NCBI RefSeq assembly: GCF_000020025.1
Contig: NC_010628.1
Coordinates: 6,690,001 to 6,722,000, forward strand
Direction: 5' to 3'
DNA from: Nostoc punctiforme PCC 73102
GTDB lineage: Bacteria > Cyanobacteriota > Cyanobacteriia > Cyanobacteriales > Nostocaceae
Length of the DNA stretch: 32,000 bases
Positions 16,397-23,751 of the stretch are shown here, in pieces (the first letter of the stretch is position 1; each line of letters starts with the position of its first letter). The notes beneath the pieces are model-generated. The model had not been told where the DNA came from. It ran no database searches and saw only the letters and a list, made by a program, of their open reading frames with translations. The position numbers and the translations under genes are program-made.

Positions 16397-16566
16397 GCTC
16401 AAGCTCCCGGATAATTCCGTAGGTTCAATCTAAAATCTAAAAGAACAAATTGTTTGACTGTTACTTCAGCCAGAATTATTCGAGAGAAATACAAGCAATA
16501 ACATCCAAAATCTAATCTTAAAAATAGAATCGTTTCCAATCCAAAATCTAAAATCCAAAATTGACT

Positions 16567-17907
16567 ATGCCAAATATCAATGAAATTGCAAACTCTGCCA
16601 AGGACAATGCCGAAAAGCTTGGTATTAAAAAATTTGACATTTATGGGTCAACAGTAGATGATACTAGCGTGCAAGTAGACCAAGGTGAGCCAAAACAAGT
16701 TAAAGCTTCAAATCGCTCTGGTGTTACTGTTCGTGTCTGGAATGAAGATAATACAATGGGTGTCACCAGCACCACAGATGTAGATTCCAAGGGACTGGAA
16801 TTAGCTTTGAAAACTGCTTATGAAGCCAGTTTCTTTGGTGTTAAAGAAAATGTTCCTGATTTTAGTCCCGAAGCTACTGTTCCTATTCCAAATAAAGCCC
16901 AAGATAAGACACCCCAAGCACCTGTTGCTGAACTGATAGAAAGATTGTTGGTAGCTGAAAAAGAATTACTCGCAGCTCATCCAGCAATTAAAGGTGTGCC
17001 TTATAATGGTTTATCACAAAGAGATATTGACAGATTTTATCTCAATAGCGATGGCGCAGTCAGAACTGAATCCCATTCCTTAACATCAGTTTATCTTTAT
17101 AGCAAAACTGAAGAAGAAGGAAAAAAACCTCGTAGTGCAGGTGCTTTTAGAATCAACCAAAGTTTAGATAATCTAGACATCAATGGTTGCATCAAAGAAA
17201 CCGCCGATAAAACTATCAGCCACTTGAACTATGAAAAAATCAAGACTGGTAAATATCGAGTTGTTTTCTCGGCGGAAGCTTTCTTAAGTCTTTTGGGCGC
17301 TTTTTCTAACTTGTTCAACGCTCAAAGTATTTTGGATAATCAAAGCCTATCTACTCCTGATGATTTAGGTAAGCAAATTGCTTCTCCTCTACTTTCAGTT
17401 TTTGACGATGCACTGCACCCAGCTAACGTAGGAGCAGAAACTTTTGATGGTGAAGGAACTCCAACTCGTCAGATTTCGCTAATTGAAAATGGCGTTTTAA
17501 CAAGCTTTCTCCACAGTGCAGGCACCGCTAAAAGGTTAAATGCCCAGCCAACAGGTAATGCCAGTATTGGTGCAAAAGTCAGCGTTAGTCCGAATTTTTA
17601 TCACGTTTTTACAACAGCAACTCCTGAAGAAGAGTTAAGTTTAGACACTGCTGAAAATGTGATTTTTATCGATGATTTACAAGCTTTACATGCAGGAGTT
17701 AAATCCTTGCAAGGTTCCTTTTCTTTGCCGTTTGATGGTTGGCTAGTTAATAAGGGTGTTAGGACAAGTATTGAGTCAGCAACTGTTGCTGGCGATTTCT
17801 TAGAACTCTTAAAGTCAATTATTTATGTAGAAAAAGAGGCAGAGTTAACACCAGGGGGAGTTTGCCCGAAAATTTGGGTCAATGAACTGTCAATTACTGG
17901 TGAATAA
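16567..17907 (+). CDS. pmbA: TldD/PmbA-family protein PmbA (TldE)
   Basis: The track ORF starts at TTG 16561, and the ATG at 16567 gives MPNINEIANSA. It has the family pattern VRVW...MGV.ST and a C-terminal LQGSFSLPFDGWLV...G, and it lacks the HExxH motif, as expected for the TldE partner. Confidence 0.88.
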   Translation: MPNINEIANSAKDNAEKLGIKKFDIYGSTVDDTSVQVDQGEPKQVKASNRSGVTVRVWNEDNTMGVTSTTDVDSKGLELALKTAYEASFFGVKENVPDFSPEATVPIPNKAQDKTPQAPVAELIERLLVAEKELLAAHPAIKGVPYNGLSQRDIDRFYLNSDGAVRTESHSLTSVYLYSKTEEEGKKPRSAGAFRINQSLDNLDINGCIKETADKTISHLNYEKIKTGKYRVVFSAEAFLSLLGAFSNLFNAQSILDNQSLSTPDDLGKQIASPLLSVFDDALHPANVGAETFDGEGTPTRQISLIENGVLTSFLHSAGTAKRLNAQPTGNASIGAKVSVSPNFYHVFTTATPEEELSLDTAENVIFIDDLQALHAGVKSLQGSFSLPFDGWLVNKGVRTSIESATVAGDFLELLKSIIYVEKEAELTPGGVCPKIWVNELSITGE

Positions 17908-17922
17908 AATTTAGTAAGTGCA

Positions 17923-17952
17923 GAGTTAGGAGTTGAATTTAACTCTTAACTC
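17923..17952. terminator. Hairpin between the convergent pmbA and pentapeptide-repeat genes
   Basis: GAGTTAGGAGTT (17923-17934) and AACTCTTAACTC (17941-17952) form a 12-bp stem with 1 mismatch and a 6-nt loop. The U-tract is weak. Confidence 0.4.
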
Positions 17953-17977
17953 ATCACTTTGAAATCATGACTCACCA

Positions 17978-18418
17978 TTAATATTCACCACCGACGCTAA
18001 TTGCAGTATTGAATACATCAGCACCGCTTAAATCAATATTAGCCAAAACAGCGCCATCTACGTCAGTGTTATATAAACGGGAATTACTCAAATTCACGTT
18101 GGTGAGATTGGCATTGTTTAAGATAGTATCGCTGACGAATGCTTCTGTGAGATTAGCAGACTTCAAATTGGCACCAGTTAAATCAGCGCCTTCCAAATTA
18201 GCACCTTCGAGATTAGCTCCTTTTAAATTTGCATTTCTCAGGTCAACACCTATCAGATGAGCGCCTTTGAGGTTTGCTCCTGCTAAATTACATCCCAAAC
18301 ATTCTCTAGTTTCCAGCAAGCGCCGGACAGGGGCGGAGTTTTCTGCTTTGACGGGAATGGGAGCAGCTAAAGATAGCGTGCTGAGTAAGGCTGCTGCCGT
18401 CAAAAAAATTATTTTCAT
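17978..18418 (-). CDS. Pentapeptide-repeat protein with an N-terminal signal peptide
   Basis: The sequence runs A(N/D)L.G repeats (NLAGANLKGAHLIGVDLRNANLKGANLEGANLEGADLTGANLKSANL). I chose the start at MKIIFLTAAALLSTLSLAAP (18418) because GGAGG lies 5 nt upstream. The track ORF extends to 18433. Confidence 0.88.
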   Translation of the reverse strand: MKIIFLTAAALLSTLSLAAPIPVKAENSAPVRRLLETRECLGCNLAGANLKGAHLIGVDLRNANLKGANLEGANLEGADLTGANLKSANLTEAFVSDTILNNANLTNVNLSNSRLYNTDVDGAVLANIDLSGADVFNTAISVGGEY

Positions 18419-18638
18419 ATTTACCTCCGACACTTTTAGAAGTCATTAAATTTTTAACTTCTACGATACCAGTGTGCCAAGATTACTGAATTCTGTACTC
18501 ATGCGATCGGAGGAATATATAATTTCTATGAGATTAGATATTCTTCTGAAAATTAGTCCGATGGGATTAAAATTAAAAGTTTTTTAGTAGATATTACAAG
18601 TGCTTGGACACCGCAAGCAACGCCGAAAAATCATTTTT

Positions 18639-18683
18639 AAACCGCAGAGGCGCAGAGAGCGCAGAGAGAAAAAAGAGATTTTA
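18639..18683. repeat. Second (half) copy of the AACCGCAGAG...AGAGATTTTA dispersed repeat
   Basis: AAACCGCAGAGGCGCAGAGAGCGCAGAGAGAAAAAAGAGATTTTA aligns with 3110-3152 (GAACCGCAGAGACGCGGAGGCACAGAGAGAAAAAGAGATTTTA). Confidence 0.7.
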
Positions 18684-18698
18684 CCAGTCACCTTGAAA

Positions 18699-18753
18699 GG
18701 GCTAGTACAACACGGCGGAAATAAACTTAATTCCGCCTTGCGGTACTAGTCCC
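18699..18753 (-). terminator. Two-tier hairpin downstream of the fetB-like gene
   Basis: GGGCTAGTAC..GGCGGAA (18699-18720) pairs with TTCCGCC..GTACTAGTCCC (18731-18753). The inner stem is 7 bp and the outer about 10 bp with one bulge. On the minus strand it is followed by TTTCAA. Confidence 0.45.
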
Positions 18754-18801
18754 ATTATTAATTTGGGTATCAGCTTCCTTGGCTCCTAATTGAAAACTTG
18801 T

Positions 18802-19578
18802 TTAACTGACTAACTGCGCGGCGGAATTGAAAAACTGACGACACAACCCCCTAGTAAGCAAAATTGTTGTCAACAAGTTAGCGAAAGCAACCATAAATAT
18901 AATCAAAATTTCGTAAGATACTGCATCCAGAGGTTTCACACCAGCTAGTAACTGTCCGGTGGTAATTCCTGGTATTGCGACCATCCCGATGAGAATCATT
19001 TGATTGAGAGTGGGGATCAATCCGGCTCTGATAGCATCTTTGCGATACTGGCTAACTGCTTGCTGGGGCGTTGCGCCTAAACTCAAGTGGGTTTCTATTT
19101 CGAGATGGCTGGAATTAATGGTGCTGACAAGACGCTCGCCTGCGATCGCAGCTGCATTGGTAGCATTACCTAAAACTATCCCTACTAAGGGAATTATATA
19201 CTGTGGTTCATACCATCTGTCTGGTTGAATAATCAAGAAGTTGGTGTAAAACACTGTCAGGACGGTACTAATTAAAATTGCACCCCACACCAAAGGCAAC
19301 AGATGAGGAATTTTTTGGCTGATGCGATTTCGTGCGACAATCGCCGTAATTGTCAGCATTATTGCTAATAGTGCCAAAACTCCCCAAGCATTGTCTAAAG
19401 CCAAGATGAAATCTAAAATGTATCCCAATACAAGAAGTTGTAAGATGGTTCTCCCAGTAGCAAGGGCTAGGCTCAACTCTAATCCTAATTTTTCCCAGGC
19501 AGATAAACCAATGGCGATCGCCATCAATCCCACAGCAATTGCTAAATCCACGAAATCCAGCTTGATCGTATCCTGCAT
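18802..19578 (-). CDS. fetB: FetB/YbbM (UPF0014) ABC-type permease
   Basis: The track ORF is 18802..19620; the likely start is Met15 (MQDTIKLDF). It is a polytopic membrane protein with GRTILQLLVLGYIL and IPLVGIVLGNA...SLGATP..A motifs typical of the family. Confidence 0.75.
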   Translation of the reverse strand: MQDTIKLDFVDLAIAVGLMAIAIGLSAWEKLGLELSLALATGRTILQLLVLGYILDFILALDNAWGVLALLAIMLTITAIVARNRISQKIPHLLPLVWGAILISTVLTVFYTNFLIIQPDRWYEPQYIIPLVGIVLGNATNAAAIAGERLVSTINSSHLEIETHLSLGATPQQAVSQYRKDAIRAGLIPTLNQMILIGMVAIPGITTGQLLAGVKPLDAVSYEILIIFMVAFANLLTTILLTRGLCRQFFNSAAQLVS

Positions 19579-19906
19579 GGGTTTTCTATCTCCTAGTATT
19601 TTCTTCTCAAAGCAGCTCACACACCTGGAACTTTGATCCGATGTGTTGGATCTTGGTTGATATATATCACCTTCATCAATTCAAATTTAAAAAATGGTAC
19701 AACCTTAACATGGCAAACTCCTAGTATGTCTACTATCTGTAAATTAAATGTGCGGTAGTCTACCGCCCGACAATTTAAGTAAAAACCCTAATAGATGCGT
19801 ATCTTAGGCGATAGTCTTTTAGTTGCTCCTTTTTGATTAACAATTCAATCAGCAAAAATTGACTCTCGAAGTGCATCCTTTGTATCTCCCGATAAAATGA
19901 GAACTC

Positions 19907-21055
19907 ATGATCCAAAGTGTAAATCCCATCCCTGCCTTTGATATCAAGCAGCAATACACCACCATCGAAGCAGAAGTAAGTGCAGCCGTTTTAGAGGTTC
20001 TGGCTTCTGGCCGCTATATTGGCGGCCCTCTAGTTGAAGGCTTTGAGCAACAATTTGCTGCTTATAATACTGTTACTCAATGTGTGGCTTGTAATTCTGG
20101 TACTGATGCGCTCTACTTAGCGTTACGAGTCTTGGAAATTGGTGCAGGCGATGAAGTGATTACAACGCCTTTCACCTTTATTGCTACATCTGAAGTAATT
20201 AGTGCCGTGGGTGCAAAACCTGTTTTCGTTGACATTGACGCTACTACCTTTAATTTGGATGTGGAGCAAGTAGCAGCAGCGATTACACCTAAAACTAAAG
20301 CAATTATCCCGGTTCACCTATTTGGACAACCTGTGGATATGACATCATTGATGGCGATCGCTCAATCTCACAATTTGTCAATAATTGAAGATTGCGCTCA
20401 GTCTACAGGTGCAATGTGGGCCAATGAAAAAGTAGGAAGTATTGGACATATTGGTTGCTTTAGTTTCTACCCTACCAAAAATCTTGGTGGTTGCGGCGAT
20501 GGCGGAGCAATAACGACTAACGATCCTGCGATCGCTACTAAACTGCGAATCCTCCGGGAGCATGGTAGTAAAGTTCGATATTTACACGAGGAAATTGGTG
20601 TAAATAGCCGCTTGGATGCTCTCCAAGCAACCATATTGCAGATTAAACTACGTTATTTAGATACTTGGAATGATCGCCGTCGAGATATCGCCAATTATTA
20701 CTATCAGTTCCTTAGCCAAATTCCGGGAATCGTCCCGCCTCAAGAATTACCTGGGGGTATTGGGGTATGGAATCAATACACTGTTCGCATCTCAGGTGAA
20801 GGGCGGAATGGTTCTAGCGCCAAATATCGAGATTGGGTGCGTAATCAATTGCAAGAACAGGGCGTAAGTTCAATGATTTATTACCCCTATCCTTTACATT
20901 TGCAGCCAGTGTATCAAAATCTAGGCTATCAAATTGGGGACTTACCAATAGCAGAGCAAGCTTGCCATGAAGTCATAGCTTTGCCCATGTTCCCAGAATT
21001 GACACAGCACCAGCAAGACCAGGTGATTTATGCGTTAAAGGATTGTTTGGGGTGA
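19907..21055 (+). CDS. DegT/DnrJ/EryC1/StrS-family PLP-dependent sugar aminotransferase
   Basis: 382-aa ORF with CNSGTDALYLAL, PFTFIATSE, IPVHLFGQP, and SFYPTKNLG (the PLP lysine context). Confidence 0.9.
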   Translation: MIQSVNPIPAFDIKQQYTTIEAEVSAAVLEVLASGRYIGGPLVEGFEQQFAAYNTVTQCVACNSGTDALYLALRVLEIGAGDEVITTPFTFIATSEVISAVGAKPVFVDIDATTFNLDVEQVAAAITPKTKAIIPVHLFGQPVDMTSLMAIAQSHNLSIIEDCAQSTGAMWANEKVGSIGHIGCFSFYPTKNLGGCGDGGAITTNDPAIATKLRILREHGSKVRYLHEEIGVNSRLDALQATILQIKLRYLDTWNDRRRDIANYYYQFLSQIPGIVPPQELPGGIGVWNQYTVRISGEGRNGSSAKYRDWVRNQLQEQGVSSMIYYPYPLHLQPVYQNLGYQIGDLPIAEQACHEVIALPMFPELTQHQQDQVIYALKDCLG

Positions 21056-21119
21056 GGGGAGTGGGGGAGAGAGGGAAGGGGGCAGGGAGAAAGGGAGAAG
21101 AGTTTTACCCTCTGCCCCC
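21049..21119. other. Purine/G-run tract with an embedded 8-bp GC hairpin between convergent genes (bidirectional terminator and/or G-quadruplex-capable)
   Basis: There are seven G-runs of at least 3 between 21049 and 21095. GGGGGCAG (21078-21085) pairs with CTGCCCCC (21112-21119). Confidence 0.55.
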
Positions 21120-21164
21120 TGCACCTCTGCCTCTTTTCAATGCCCAATGCCCACTCCCTACTTC

Positions 21165-21911
21165 TTACTTCTGAGTTAGCACTCTTGCAGTCGCTAAAGC
21201 TTCTACTAAGCCACGCACAGCAGCAATCATTGCTATTTCGCTATTGAGTTGGTTGATAGCGGAACCAACACCAACACCAGCTGCACCAGCTGCGATCGCT
21301 AATGGTGCTGTAACGTTAGAAATACCTGAAGCACACAATACTGGCACTGACACCACACGGGAAATCTCAAAAGCTGCTGCCAAGGTGGGAGCAGCTTTTT
21401 CAATTAATCCTAAAGTTCCAGGGTGAACTGGGTTACTGCTAGTACCGCCTTCGGTTTGGATAATATCTGCTCCAGCTTTCACCAGTTCTTCTGCTAACTG
21501 CACCTGTTGATCTAGTTCCAAAATGTGGGGAACAGTGACAGATAAGGTGATTTCTGGGAGGAGAGCGCGGGTTTGCTTAGTCAGGGCTAGCACTTCTGGA
21601 GCCTCAAAGCGGCGACCTTGAGCATAGAAAGAATCGAAATTCCCGATTTCAATTAAATCAGCACCAGCTGCTACAGCTTGCACAAATTTTTCTGGTTCTA
21701 CTGCTGAAACACAAATTGGTAATTTTGTCAAACTTTTAGCTAACTGTACCAAAGCGCGATCGGCGGCAATATCAACAAAAGTAGCACCGCCAAATTCAGC
21801 AGCTTTGACAGTAGCAGCAACGCTAGCAGCGTCGAAATTATTCAAGCCGCTAATCACTTTCAGAACGCGGCGGTTAGTAAATGCACGTTGGAGTCTAGGA
21901 TGCATCGTCAT
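21165..21911 (-). CDS. DUF561 (Ycf23-like) TIM-barrel protein
   Basis: The track ORF extends to 22028; the likely start is MTMHPRLQRAF (21911). VLKVISGLNNFD...FVDIAAD...IEIGNFD...IQTEGG is typical of cyanobacterial and plastid Ycf23-like proteins. Confidence 0.75.
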   Translation of the reverse strand: MTMHPRLQRAFTNRRVLKVISGLNNFDAASVAATVKAAEFGGATFVDIAADRALVQLAKSLTKLPICVSAVEPEKFVQAVAAGADLIEIGNFDSFYAQGRRFEAPEVLALTKQTRALLPEITLSVTVPHILELDQQVQLAEELVKAGADIIQTEGGTSSNPVHPGTLGLIEKAAPTLAAAFEISRVVSVPVLCASGISNVTAPLAIAAGAAGVGVGSAINQLNSEIAMIAAVRGLVEALATARVLTQK

Positions 21912-22187
21912 GGTTAGGCTTTTGAAGCTATGAAGATTATAAATTAGGTATATTCTACCGTCACTCAGTTGATGAGGAACTAAATCACTATGGCAGTTGT
22001 CAAATTTTGATTTCTGCAAGCCGCGCAAAGAGCGATCGCCTAAACTTAGCCTGAGCGTCCATTGAAAAGTTTACTCTCCCAATTGAACTAGGTATTAAAT
22101 GCAGTACGGTACTACAATGAAATATAAAGTTCAGCAGATATCCACATGAATTAAGTTTTATTAAATTATTCTTTTCAGAAGGAAGAT

Positions 22188-22985
22188 ATGACTGAGGAAA
22201 TCATGGCAAATTTTGACGATCAAGAAATACTTGAACTCTGGGATCGTAGAGCTAAAGACTGGGATATTCCAGTTGGCGATGATGGTGATAGCAATCGAAT
22301 TCTCAACTCAGATCCAGTACTATGGAGTTTTGCTGGTAACGTTGCGGGATTGTCTGTCCTCGATGCTGGTTGTGGTACAGGATATCTAGCACGCCAACTT
22401 TGCCTTAAAGGGGCCAGTGTAACTGGTATAGATTTTTCACCTCAGATGATAGAAATTGCCAAATTCAGAGCTAGCCAAAATAATTTAGATATAGATTTTC
22501 ATTTGGATTCATGCACTGAACTAAAGTCGCTTCCAGATGAGCAATTTGATATGATCGTCTCAAATTATGTTCTCATGGATTTGCTCGATCTCGAAGGAGC
22601 AATAAGGGCATTCAATCGTGTTCTTAAGCCTAGTGGTATTGCAATCCTTGTGTTCTCACATCCTTGCTTTCCCCAAGGCAACTCGACGACTGTAAATGAG
22701 GATGGGACAGTTTCTTATAGTTGGGCTTCTTCTTACTTTGAAAGGACACAACACAACGACGAACCTTGGAATCATTTTACAACACCATTTATCTGGTTCC
22801 ACCGCCCTCTTTCCGATTACTGGAAAGTCTTCAAGGCAGCAGGTTTTTCTGTGGACGAATTTGAAGAACCAAGAATTACCCCAGAGCGATATTATCTTGC
22901 AGAAAACGACCGAAAGCTCTTCAATTCCAAAACACGTCCCTATTCAGTAGTTTTTAAACTCCAGAAAGTAATGCGTAATTCGTAA
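22188..22985 (+). CDS. Class I SAM-dependent methyltransferase
   Basis: 265-aa ORF with motif I VLDAGCGTGYLARQL and post-I VTGIDFSPQMI. Confidence 0.85.
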   Translation: MTEEIMANFDDQEILELWDRRAKDWDIPVGDDGDSNRILNSDPVLWSFAGNVAGLSVLDAGCGTGYLARQLCLKGASVTGIDFSPQMIEIAKFRASQNNLDIDFHLDSCTELKSLPDEQFDMIVSNYVLMDLLDLEGAIRAFNRVLKPSGIAILVFSHPCFPQGNSTTVNEDGTVSYSWASSYFERTQHNDEPWNHFTTPFIWFHRPLSDYWKVFKAAGFSVDEFEEPRITPERYYLAENDRKLFNSKTRPYSVVFKLQKVMRNS

Positions 22986-23060
22986 TTAAGTTTTGTAATG
23001 GGAATCTAGACCCCTATTTTTAAATATAGGTTCCTTTTCCTCGTGTTTTTCATTACTATG

Positions 23061-23603
23061 CTAATCAAACTCTAAAGGCCAAAAATCGGCAATTGGTACT
23101 TCCCATCCTGGTAGCAAATCGGGAACTGTTAAAATATCGCTATCACGAAGTATTATTGCTTCTTGTCCAAGGTTGTAAACTTCAACAATCCGCTCATCTG
23201 GATTGAGCAAAATTCCTACCTTCGTTCCCAAACTCAGAAATTCTTGAATTTTTGCTCTCAAATCCTCCAAATTATCACTAGGGGACTTCACCTCGACAGT
23301 CAAATCGGGAGCCAACTGAGCAAAAGACTTGGGACTGCGACGCAAGCGTTCGGCTAAAACAAATGAAGCATCCGGTGCGCGTAAATCTGAATTTGGCAAT
23401 CTGAAACCAGCGCTAGAAGCTGCTGTTCGTCCTAGTTTACGCGGTCTAACCCAGTTACGTAACTGCGCCACCATTTCGGCTGCGACTTCATCTGATTCAT
23501 ATCCTGATGGACTCATGACAATAATATTACCCTTAACTAGTTCCATACGATAGTCAGGGTGCTGTTGCTGCATTTTTTCAAAGTCTTCAAGCGTTAGGGA
23601 CAT
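23061..23603 (-). CDS. Uma2 (DUF820) family PD-(D/E)xK endonuclease
   Basis: 180-aa ORF with YRMELVKGNIIVMSP, APDASFV and APDLTVEVKSPSD, the Uma2 family hallmarks. Confidence 0.85.
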   Translation of the reverse strand: MSLTLEDFEKMQQQHPDYRMELVKGNIIVMSPSGYESDEVAAEMVAQLRNWVRPRKLGRTAASSAGFRLPNSDLRAPDASFVLAERLRRSPKSFAQLAPDLTVEVKSPSDNLEDLRAKIQEFLSLGTKVGILLNPDERIVEVYNLGQEAIILRDSDILTVPDLLPGWEVPIADFWPLEFD

Positions 23604-23751
23604 AAAAACCTCTAATTATCACACTCCCTGTATATATATTATGGAGACAACAGACCTCTTCAGGAGCGATCGCTCCATAAATTCCCCAGTTATGGCCAAA
23701 CCTGTCACTCCAAACACTTGATCATATCTAAATGAAAAAACAGGAATTAAA

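Noticed and set aside
16139-16402. 87-aa minus-strand ORF spanning the tldD 3' end and the repeat spacer
   Set aside because: It overlaps the tldD coding sequence antisense and is otherwise encoded by the AAAATCCAAAAT repeat DNA, a typical spurious repeat ORF.
16298-16566. AAAATCCAAAAT-type repeats (also at 27121-27180) as a possible CRISPR array
   Set aside because: The units are about 12 nt long, occur in both orientations, are irregularly spaced without unique spacers of constant length, and have no cas genes nearby.
14825-18418. TldD/PmbA next to a pentapeptide-repeat protein, as a microcin B17-like (McbG immunity) arrangement
   Set aside because: The pentapeptide protein has a clear signal peptide, so it is periplasmic or lumenal rather than gyrase-protecting. 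It is convergently transcribed, and no precursor peptide or cyclodehydratase genes are present. TldD/PmbA are conserved housekeeping proteases in cyanobacteria.
18009-18449. Two plus-strand ORFs (83 and 60 aa)
   Set aside because: They are antisense to the pentapeptide-repeat gene, and their periodic sequence (LAPSKLAPSRLAPFK) is just the reverse reading of the repeat.
19004-19636. Plus-strand ORFs of 74 and 104 aa
   Set aside because: They are antisense to the FetB-like permease, which has the coherent polytopic membrane sequence.
19907-21055. The DegT-family aminotransferase as the ArnB-like partner of the Arn-like operon
   Set aside because: It lies 5.5 kb away, separated by four unrelated genes on both strands, and has a different base composition. 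No ArnA-like gene is present.
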